Below are positions 27,161 to 37,764 of a stretch of DNA of 64,000 nt, in pieces. The stretch lies in the NCBI RefSeq assembly GCF_947568905.1, contig NC_079172.1, positions 18,786,001 to 18,850,000 of the forward strand. Reading direction: 5' to 3'. Positions within the stretch are counted from its first letter, which is position 1, and each line of letters starts with the position of its first letter. Under the pieces are notes generated by a model. The model ran no database searches. It was not told the DNA's origin and saw only the letters and a list, made by a program, of their open reading frames with translations. Position numbers and translations under genes: made by a program. Origin of the DNA: Ostrea edulis. Its lineage: Eukaryota.

Positions 27161-29217
27161 ACTAGACACTCATTACTAGTAATGAGTAGGTCTTCCGTTA
27201 GACCACTTCCGGTAAAGAGCTTTCTATTCCTACGAAAACCATTTAAATGTATCAGAAAATGTGCCTTAACAATGAATGAGAAATGTATTATCGAATTTTT
27301 TACTCCTTTCTCGTAACTTCCGGTGACGACCGGAAGTAATATTCAGATGCGTTTTCCTATAAATGACAGCGACTCTTTACTGTCTATATTCCCTGAAAAT
27401 TTCACGTCTCTATCTGAAAGAGTTCTCAACAAAAAGAAGTAGACTAAAGAAAGAAAAGGTAGTAGGTTACTACCGACCGGAAGTCAATTTTGAAAAACAA
27501 AATTATCAGAACTTTAGAAGTTGATACTTTTATTAAGACATCTGAAAATCATATGAAAGACTTCAAATATAAGCGAGATTTATGAGGACAAAGAGACGAA
27601 AAGTAAAAGGGTATTTTATCAAGAAACCGGAAGTAGTCGTTTTGACTACCGACAGAGTCAATATTCTTTTGACACTTTGAAAGAGAGTCAATAAACTAGT
27701 ATAGGTTTCATTTTAAAGGGAAAAGTTTGAAATTTGCGATTCTTTTCATCACTTCCGGTGACGACAGGAAGTGACAGTCGACATGTTCAACCCCCTACTG
27801 CACGCTTACAAACGGAGATTAATCATCCCTGAATATTTGATGAACCTATATTTTACCTTTTCCAAGAAAAATGCTGGACAAAATTCCTTTTGAGAAACAG
27901 AAAATCGGCCATATTTTCCTACCGGAAGTGAATGTTGTAAAAACAAAAATAATTATAGCAAGGTCATTTCATAAGACATTATTCCTGAAAATATCAAGAA
28001 AATATATGCAGACTCCAAGAAATCGGAAAATCGACATTTTTTCAAATACTTCCGGTAGAGACCGGAAGTGACGAACGAAATATTGAATGTATGTGTACAA
28101 TAAACTAATGTTAGTTGATCAACTCTACAAGTTTCAAGCATCTATCTATATTCATTATTGAGAAACTGAAAAAACAAGGTTTGAATATGTCCACCCCATA
28201 TCTCACGACCGGAAGTGAATTTTACAAAAATGTTTTAAATTTACTCTAGACATTTATAGTGTCTATAACATATGTAAAATTCAAATCATTAACTTGTTTT
28301 ATGACCGAGATTTATGGCACTGAAAAATGAGAGAATGAATAGTCTTTCTTTAATATAACCGGAAGTTGGAGATTCAACTTCCGGTCGGGTCAACATTTTT
28401 TGAGAATTAGAACGAGACCTAGTAAACCGATATAGGTTTCAATTTCAAACAAAAAAGTTTTGAAATTGATGATTCCTTTAATCACTTCCGGTGACGACCG
28501 GAAGTGACAGCCGACATTCTTAACCCCCTACTGCACGCCTACAAAGTGAGATCTATTAACTCTGAATATTTGAAGACTCTATCTTTTACCGTTTCTGAGA
28601 AAAACGCTTGACAACGAAAACAGCTAATAAGCCGTATTTGCCAACCGGAAGTGAATTTTACAAAAATATTTGACGTTGCTCTAGACATTTATAGTGACTA
28701 TAATATATGTAAAACTCAACTCATTAACTAGTTTCATGACCGAGATTTATGGCACTGAAAAATGAGAGAATGAATAGTCTTTTTTTAATATAACCGGAAG
28801 TTGGAGATTCAACTTCCGGTGGTATCAACATTTTTTGAGAATTAGAACTAGACCTAGTAAACCGATATAGGTTTCAATTTCAAAGAAAAAAGTTTGAAAT
28901 TGATGATTTATTTAATCACTTCCGGTGACGACCGGAAGTGACGGCGACAAAAAATATTACGTGCATGCACCATAGAGAAGATAGATCTATCATCCCTGAA
29001 AGTTTCATTCGATTATCTTTTGTGGTTTTCAAGTTTACCCCCGGACAAAGTTTCTTTCAAAAACCGGAAAATCGGACGTATCTCACGAACGGAAGTGAAT
29101 TTTGAAAAAATGAAAAAAATGCCTCGAGGTACCATCGTTGTCTATAACCTGTGAAAGTTTCAGGAAAATCCATCCAACGGTCTAGGAGACGAAAGGGAAA
29201 AAAAAAAAATAATAATA
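27161..29217 (-). mobile_element. Helentron-like element B with ~436-bp internal repeats
   Basis: Tail actagac, perfect palindrome ctcattactagtaatgag and subTIR aggtcttccg (27161-27197); repeated blocks at 28209 and 28645. Confidence 0.7.
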
Positions 29218-29782
29218 ACTAGACACGATCTCGTTGCGAGCAATGAGTAGGTCTTCCGTCCGATTTGTTGATGCACTCGGAGTTAAAAAAAAAAAAAAAA
29301 AAAAGACAAATGAGTCCCAATTTAGTTTCCGACTTTAAGACACTTTAGATATAATCAATTTTTCATATCATAAGCTTCTGAAGCAAAGTTGTGGTGAAAT
29401 TCGTTTGAAATTCGACTCTCCAGGCGAGCCATAAGGCCCGCGGGCCTATTTCTTGATGTCATTTGTTAGCCCTCTATAGACTCAACAACTTTAGTTCTAT
29501 ATGTCTTTACAAAATATTTACCTGTAAAAAGTTATTGAGATCGACCGATATCGACAAAAAATCGACTCTACAGGCGAGCCATTAGGACCATAGGCCTATT
29601 TCTTGATATCAATCGATAGATCTCGATAAACTGAACAACTTTTGTTCAATATGTCCTTACAAAATATTTACCAGTTACAAGTTTTTGAAATCGACTGATA
29701 TCGACAAAAATCGACTCTACAGGCGAGCCATGAGGCCCACAGACCCATTTTTTGATATTGATCGATAGGTTATGACACATTG

Positions 29783-29813
<31 letters not shown>

Positions 29814-30217
29814 AATATGTCGTTTTAAAGATATGAGGCGTCAAATATTTACGATTTTGGCCCTTAAAATCTCTAATTACGTAACATATGACCTACTTTT
29901 TGATTTGATAAGATCAAGCTCGTTGAGATGAACATTTCCGCTTCTACAACTTATTATAAAATATTAATAGTTTCTGAGATATTCTCAAAAACATTTGGAC
30001 CCTTCTGAACCCCTAATTTAAAGGGCCAGCCCGTTTTGCTTGATATCGTAAGAAAGGCCTTGTCATTTTAAACATTTTTTGCTCAACAAGTATTTAGAAA
30101 TTCTTTACCGTTCTCGAGTTATCTCTACAAGAAATATTTAGGGGCCAAACTGTAGCTCCCTAACGGGGCCACATAGGGAAAAAACGAAATGTACATATTG
30201 TTTAGATTATCATTCTG

Positions 30218-30249
<32 letters not shown>

Positions 30250-30299
30250 ATTTGTCGTTTTCAAGATATGAGACGTCAATTATTTATGATTTTGGCCCT

Positions 30300-30330
<31 letters not shown>

Positions 30331-30734
30331 CTTTTTGATTTGATAAGAACAAGCTCGTTTAGATGAACATTTCCGCTTCAATGACTTATTACAAAATATT
30401 AATAGTTTCTGAGATCTTCTCATAAACCTTTGGACCCTTCTGGGCCCCTAATTTAAAGGGTCAGCCCCTTTTGCTTGATATCATAAGAAAGGTCATGACA
30501 TTTCAAACATTTTTTGTTCAACAAGTATTTAGAAATTCTTTACCGTTCTCGAGTTATTTCTAGAAGTAAATTTTAGGGGCCAAACTGTAGCTCCCTAACG
30601 GGGCCACATAGGGTAAAAACGAAATATGCATATTGTTCAGATCATCATTCTGAACAACTTTTGTTCGTTATTGCTTTTCAAAATATTTGTCGTTTTCGAG
30701 ATACAAGGGGTAAAAAATTTATGGTTTTGGCCCT

Positions 30735-30765
<31 letters not shown>

Positions 30766-31690
30766 AATTTTTATATGAATAGATTTGGATTGTTGAGATG
30801 AAGATTTTTTGTTCTTTGACTTATACCAAAATATTAACGATTTTTGAGATATTTGATCTAGACTTTGAGCCCTTCTAGATCCCTAATTTAAGGGGCTAAC
30901 CCCTAAATCTTGATATTTTCGAAAAGATCTCGTAAATGTGCACAACTTTTGTTCTACATGTCTTAACAAAATATTTGCAAGAAAAAAGATATTGGAGATG
31001 AAAGGTCAAAAATCGCCGAAATCGGCGAAAAATTTTGGCATCCATTTTTTCAGGTCCAGGCGAGCGTTTAGGCAAATCGCCTCTGGTAAAATCGAATCCC
31101 CCACAAATCTTCTAAAATGTTTACTCTATCTTGTGTAGAAATTTCAAGACTCTAGCTTCAAAACTAACGGAGGAGATGCGTGGACAACAAGGCCCTTCAA
31201 AAAGTCACTAAAAGAGAGATAACTCCTGACCGGAAGTGACGTCAAGCACGAAATTTTGCAAGCAAAGTCTCGTCACCAAACGACATCTTTCCTGAAAATT
31301 TCGTGAAAATCGATCGAGAAATGGCTGAGAAAAACGCGTGTACTACCAAGGAAAATAATAATAATAATAATAATGAAGAAGAAGAACGCGAACAATAATA
31401 GTAAGGTCTTCCGCAGGAGACGGAAGACCTTAATAATGAAGAAGAAGAACGCGAACAATAATAGTAAGGTCTTCCGCAGGAGACGGAAGACCTTAATAAT
31501 GAAGAAGAAGAACGCGAACAATAATAGTAAGGTCTTCCGCAGGAGACGGAAGACCTTAATAATAATAATGAAGAAGAAGAACGCGAACAATAATAGTAAG
31601 GTCTTCCGCAGGAGACGGAAGACCTTAATAATGAAGAAGAAGAACGCGAACAATAATAGTAAGGCCTTCCGCAGGAGACGGAAGACCTTA
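29218..31690 (-). mobile_element. Helentron-like element A with ~150-bp and 435-bp internal repeats and a tandemly amplified head
   Basis: Tail actagacac...aggtcttccg at 29218-29258; tgaacaactttt anchors at 29781, 30216 and 30651; five head hairpins at 31403-31689. Confidence 0.7.
31364..31690. repeat. Five tandem 63-69 bp units, each with hairpin aaggtcttccgcaggagacggaagacctt and (AAT)n(GAA)n
   Basis: Hairpins start at 31403, 31466, 31529, 31598 and 31661; near-identical. They explain the spurious repetitive ORFs here. Confidence 0.95.
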
Positions 31691-31714
31691 AATATGAGAG
31701 GATATTAAACTCAT

Positions 31715-31981
31715 GATTTATTGATTGTATATTCTTTAACGTCCCACTCAAGAATATTTCACTCATATGGAGACGTCACCATTGCCAGTGAAGGGCTGCA
31801 AAATTTAGGCCTATGCTCGGCGCTTACAGCCTTTGAGCAGGGAGGGATCTTTATCGTGCCACACCTGCTGTGACATGGGGCCATGGTTTTTGCAGTCTCA
31901 TCCAAAGGACCACCCCATTTAGTCGCCTCTTATGACAAGCAAGGGAAATTGAGGACCTATTCTAACCCAGATCCCCTTGGA
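31715..31981 (-). mobile_element. SINE, probably Meta-domain bivalve type
   Basis: Minus strand gtggcacgataaagatccctccctgctcaaaggc...gcgccgagcataggcctaaattttgcagccc with tail gagtgggacgttaaa. Related pieces at ~20570, ~41165-41300 and ~59340-59440. The family name is from recall. Confidence 0.5.
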
Positions 31982-32000
31982 ATGATTAAACTCATTAAGA

Positions 32001-32685
32001 TTTTATGCCCCCCTTCAAAGAAGAGGGGCATATTGGTTTACACCTGTCTGTCGGTCGGTAGACCACATGTTGTCCACTTAATATCTTAAGAACCATTCAC
32101 TTGATCCTAATGATATTTCATGTGTGGGTTGGTTATGAGTAGGAGAGGACCCCTATTGTTTTTCAGGTCAAAAGGTCAAGGGTCAATTTACTCTAGACAT
32201 AGGAAGACCTTGTCCACCTCACTACTTGAGAACCCTTTGCTTGACAGACATCAAACTTGGTACACTGGTGTATCCTAAGGAGAAGATGACCCCTCTTGAT
32301 TTTGAGGTCACATGGTCAAAGGTCAAGAGTCACACTGGACATAGGAATATACTGTCCACTCAATATCTTGAGAACCCTTTTCTTGACCAACATCAAACTT
32401 GGTAAACTGGTACATCTTCAGGAGAAGATGACCCCTATTGAATTTGAGGTCATATGGTCAAAGGTCAAGGGTCAAACTGGACATAGGAATATACTGTCCG
32501 CCCAACATCTTGAGAACCTTTTCTTGACAGACATCAGACTTGGTACACTGGTACATCTTCAGGAGAAGATTACCCCTATTTATCTTTAGATCACATGGTC
32601 AAAGGTCAAGGGTCAAACTGGACTTAGGAATATACTGTTAGCTCAATATCTTGAGAACCCTTTTCTTGACAGACATCAAACTTGA
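32001..32685 (+). mobile_element. Helentron-like element, same family as 16431
   Basis: Same head and ~142-bp core units. Confidence 0.7.
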
Positions 32686-32995
32686 TGATACTCAGTTTTC
32701 CAAATGTTTTTCTAAACGCCTTGAGATATTTGAATTGATTTTTTGTATGCAGTTGTATATTGATGAGTTACAGATCGAGTTTGAGTTTTGTTCCAGTTTG
32801 TTTATTATGGAGTTGTGCCCCTTTAACATAGAAAAATTACTGTTACAACCAGTTTTCTGGGTGTTTTCTTAACACCTTGAGATATTGAACTGATTTTTTG
32901 TATGCAGATGTATATTAATGTGTTACAGATCGAGTTTAAGTTTGTTCCAGTTCGTTGATTTTTGATGTAGTTGTATTAATTTTATGGCTGTTAAA

Positions 32996-33540
32996 TATGG
33001 TGTCCGGATAGGGTCATTTGCAAAAGCGTGACTGCGCATTAGTCACAACATGCCGCCATGCCAACAAGCAACACGCCTTCGCGCTCTCATGCCAACAAGC
33101 AACGTACCTTCGCGCTCTCACGCCAACAAGCAACGTACCTTCGCGCAGACAAGCAAAGCGCCTTCGCGCTCTCACGACAACAAGCAACGTACCTTCGCGC
33201 TCTCATGCCAACAAGCAACGCGCCTTCGCGCAGACAAGCAAAGCGCCTTCGCGCTCTCACGACAACAAGCAACGTACCTTCGCGCTCTCATGCCAACAAG
33301 CAACGCGCCTTCGCGCAGACAAGCAAAGCGCCTTCGCGCTCTCACGACAACAAGCAACACTCCTTTGCACTCTCAAGGCGTGTTGCTTGTCGTGAGAGCG
33401 CGAAGGCGCGTTGCTTGTCTGCGCAAAGGCACGTTGCTGGTTGGCGTGAGAGCACAAAGGCGCATTGCTTGTTGGCACGACGGCGTGTTGTGACAAACTC
33501 GCAGTCACGCTTTTGCAAATGGCCCTATCCGGACACCATA
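32996..33540. mobile_element. Foldback-type element: long asymmetric inverted arms made of 24-31 bp subrepeats
   Basis: 41-bp terminal IR TATGGTGTCCGGATAGGG(T/C)CATTTGCAAAAGCGTGACTGCG; subrepeats caacaagcaacgtaccttcgcgctctca flip orientation near 33376. Confidence 0.9.
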
Positions 33541-34630
33541 GTTAAAACATATGTAGAGGATTGTTAAGTTCTTCTTTGTACTAAATGCAGGTAACATACA
33601 GTCTGAATACTACATTCAACGCTGTACTTCGATAGATTTCCTACATGTGACTTTACTGCAGGCAGGGGCATTCGTGTTGTGCCGACACATCTCAGTTTTA
33701 TCTAAAGTTACAGAACTAAAGGTCATGCAAGGACATGTAATCAAATGTAGCCTTACAATTTAGAATTAATGTATTGAATGATTCCACCTTCAGGAGGGAT
33801 ATCACTGGGTCCCCTTGTCAGAGAAGTTTCTGGGCTGCACCCTTAAACTCCACAAATGAATAAAGGATTGGTTGCATCTTTGAAACCAAAACAATGTTGA
33901 TGAACAAAAATTTCAATGTCATGTATGACATTTGTAATTTTGTCCAACTAATTTATCATGTGACTTTCAAAGATACTAATCTCACAAATACATATCCCTC
34001 TAGTGATTTTCAGTCAATAGTTTATTTAATCCTATGAACTGTGTGAAACTGAGATTGGGTCTATTTTATTTTTGTCATGTTTTTTTCATACATCATTCAG
34101 ATCAATATATGAATTTGGGTTGTGAACGTAAACAAAAGTCAATTAAGATTCCATTCAAGGTTTAGCTCCTCCGATCTCATTGACTATGAAATTGATCATG
34201 ATTGCTGACTGGAGCAGTGTCTAGCAATGTACAAAAAACGTGGAACAGGACCCTCCAAGTTTCCTATTGATTCATTGGTTGAGGTACTTGAGTGATAAGG
34301 CTGCAGGATAAGAATAAATGTTTATAGTTATCACTTCTGCCTGTTGTTTCTGACTTACTCTTTAAGAGGGTCATTGGGCAATTATCTTCACAGAAATTGT
34401 TTTTTCAACACTATGCAATAAAACAAAAGTGGTTTTTCTTCCAGTAGGAACAAAATTAGACTGATTAAGCTTTTTCAAATGTATGTATACATATATAATT
34501 AAACTCTTACCTTTCTCAAATGTTTTTTGCACAATATCAACTTTGACGTTGCTTTTCAATTATATAATATTTACTGTGACGTCATAGTACTTTCGTGTAT
34601 GTAGTCTTGCGTTATGTTGCTATGAGAGAT

Positions 34631-34684
34631 AAACACGACTGAAGAAGACCGGTAACACGGTCGAAATATTTTTACAAAGTGTTT
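34631..34684 (+). ncRNA. Minimal type I hammerhead ribozyme motif
   Basis: AAACACGA-CUGAAGA-A-GACCG-GUAACA-CGGUC-GAAA-UAUU-UU...GUGUUU: core, 5-bp stem II, GAAA, 1-bp stem III, interrupted stem I. Confidence 0.6.
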
Positions 34685-34689
34685 AGAGT

Positions 34690-34729
<40 letters not shown>

Positions 34730-35289
34730 TATATACTTTATTACTCAAAGTAATTAAACATAATTTTCTTAATAATTATTCTTAATAATTATTAAACTTA
34801 CCGATGGAGTTATTTTCGGCGTTCTAATTTTTTCTTTATTATCCAACAACACCCGATACCTAAAAGTGTCGGATCCACAACATGGATACAAGGTCAAATA
34901 CAAATAATTATATAAAGCACTAAAATGACCAACGACACAAACAACCAGATTGTCAAATTTTCGGGACGACCTCTCCCTTCTTCAGGACAAACAAAAAGAA
35001 TTACATAATGTGGTCACATTATGTAATTCTTTTCATTCAATGTTGTGAACAATCTGATGTATCTTTAATGAGTATGTCTTGAAATTAAGAAAGAAAAAAA
35101 TATTTACAACAACAAAGGTTTCACTCCAACTCCACCAACCCCCAATGAACCCTATAGCCTTTCTAACTTTTAGATTTTGCGGCCAGGTTCAAGAAAGTGA
35201 ACTGTTTTCAATTACTTCATGTCAAACTAATTGAGAGATAAATTTTTGTGTGTTCTTGATGTTTTTCTTATCATATTTTGTTTAAACAG

Positions 35290-35406
35290 GAAGCCATCAG
35301 TTTGTTGGAACCCATGACCAATGACCCTGTGAACTATGTTCGTCAAGGTGCTCTGATTGCATCTGCCTTGGTGTTAGTTCAACAGAATGAAAATACCTGT
35401 CCAAAG
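35290..35406 (+). CDS. PSMD1: PSMD1 exon
   Basis: aaacag|[39 protein letters not shown]|gtaaga; 117 nt, phase 0/0. Confidence 0.95.
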
Positions 35407-36676
35407 GTAAGAATATATAAAGGTGTATATTATACAGCACAGTTTCCATTCAACAGAAATTTGGGCTTGTTTGGCAGAGGAAGAAAATTTACAAGAAATA
35501 AAATTGCAATTACCCCAGGTGAAAGGACTATATATGATAAAGCTTTATTTGCCCACCAACATCAACATTTATGCTTTTCTTTCAAAATTAAGTGCATTTT
35601 GTGCAATAATCCCAATGCAACCCATTTGTTATTTTCTATTTGAAAATGACATACAGTTTCTAGGTACTGATCTCGGGTTACCCAGATGGGTTTCAGGTTA
35701 CCCAAACAAAAAGGACTTTAAACTGGCAAATGACAAGGTCCATTAAGAAAAACAGCATTCATACTGTGACAGAAGTTGATCCCTGCACTGTAGAAATGGA
35801 ATTATAGTGTTATAAACATGACATTTCGCTGTTATTTTCAGTATTTTGAAAAAAAAATTGCTATTTTTCACATCATGTTAGCTCACCTGAGCCATAGGTA
35901 TTCTAATCAAAATTTGTCCATTGTTGTCAGTGTAAACTTATTTTTACAATTTCATCAGCTAGGAAAAGCTGACTATGATCGGATGGTTCTTAGATTCAGA
36001 ACAGCACAAATGATTACCAATTATTATCATTATTATATTATCATATCGTACGAATTCAACATTAAAAGCGAGCATGTAAGTTTCAACATAATACAATTAC
36101 AAAGTATAGTAACAAGTTTTGTATCTTTTCTCCAGAACCATTGGGCCAATATTTCAACCTATTTAGGCACACAATATCTTTAAGGGAAGGGGGTTTAAGT
36201 TTGTTCAAATGATGGGCCATCCACCCTTCCAAGGGGGTGGGGGTAATAAAAAAAAAGGCAAAAAAAATAAGGTGGGGTTATCCAGTCTTTGCAAAAAACT
36301 TGCACCTTGATAGGTTTATTAAAAATACCATGTTAATTATGCCCCCCCCCCCCCACCACCACCACCAAATGATGTTAGAGGTATCTGAATTTTAATCAAT
36401 AATAAATATAGCTTTACAGTATAATCTGTCTTAACCGGCTGTGTGTGGTTCCAAAGAAATTGGCCGGTTTACATGGAGTGCAGAATGTTGAAAAGTATGA
36501 GAGCTGCTTCCCTTGTATTCGCTGTCTATTATGCATGTACATGTGTAATGATTACTAACGTTTTATTATATCACAAAAGAATTCAAAATGTCAAACTATA
36601 AATGTCAGTGTTTCATCGTCGTGTTCTTTTGAAAAAGTTTAATTTTTATTAAATGGTATAAAAATCTGGGAATTAT

Positions 36677-36678
<2 letters not shown>

Positions 36679-36742
<64 letters not shown>
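36679..36742. repeat. (TG)n microsatellite, about 31 units
   Basis: Direct reading. Other microsatellites: (TA)n ~7691-7713, ~17916-17942, ~34695-34735, ~42985-43011; poly-G ~49794-49815; (CATA)n ~54498-54530. Confidence 0.95.
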
Positions 36743-36744
<2 letters not shown>

Positions 36745-37661
36745 GGCCTCATTCCACATTTATGCCTTGATAATGCATGCATATGTTCATGATATTTCCT
36801 GCCGCGAGGGGATGCTCCGCTTAGTGGTGCCCTTGTTTAAGATAGAGCTTTCATGGCAATGTCTTTCATATCATACCATGATCTATCAACTTGTGACCTT
36901 GGTTTCATCCAGAACAGCAAGATCATGTTAGTCATATTGGTGTTAAGGCATCTCTGTGTTATATTAATTCATTTTCAATTATGTTGTGAACCTTTGGGGC
37001 TAGGCTTAATTGGGCCACAATGTGGGATCAAAAGTTTTCATAGGAATAAAGATTGATAACCAAAAAAATTTCAAATCGCAACAGCTGAACATCAGCAGGG
37101 CTTAGGGTGACTCAGGTGAGTGATGTGGCCCATGGGCCTCTTGTTTTCTAGATTTCTTGGAGTTAATGATACTCTTAACTTATACTCAGGTGACTGCAAG
37201 GCCTGTGGGCCTCTGGTTTTGTTAAAAATCAAGAACTTTGAAGTTTGCATGCCCTGTTCCTTGTTTGTAAGTCCAGCTGTTCCTCCACAAGCTGTTGAAT
37301 AAATGCTTCATGGAATGATAGGAAGTTTGGCTCAAGAAAGCATGTTTGAACTGGAAATTACCAAAGTTTAATATTTGATGTATACATACTGAACATAGTT
37401 CTTTGTTACACAGAAAGTAGCATCTTACAGAAAATACAAGGTGTGAAATGAAAATCGATGCATGTATTGGGGGTTGACTTTTTTTCTATACCCGAATTAA
37501 ATTCTTTTTTATTCGTTGAGGTTTTTTTTTTTTTTTTTTTTGGTTTTTTTTGGTGGGTTTGTTTTTTGTTGTTGTTTTTGTTTTTGTTTTCTTGGGGGGG
37601 GGGGGTATTATTATTATTTACATCTCGGATCAACAATGTAATTTTGTCTTGTGTTTTGCAG

Positions 37662-37764
37662 GTCTCTCACTACAGAAGCCTTTATTCAAAAATCATTAGT
37701 GACAAACATGATGATGTTATGGCAAAGTTTGGTGCAATCTTGGCTCAAGGAATTATAGATGCAG
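37662..37764 (+). CDS. PSMD1: PSMD1 exon
   Basis: ttgcag|[34 protein letters not shown]+G|gtgaga; 103 nt. Confidence 0.95.

Noticed and set aside
31242-31766. Repetitive ORFs (RSSVSCGRPYYY, MKKKNANNN and others)
   Set aside because: By-products of the 63-bp tandem heads, open in several frames.
33018-33567. Multiple overlapping ORFs of 60-169 aa
   Set aside because: Arise from the foldback subrepeats; no domain or splice support.
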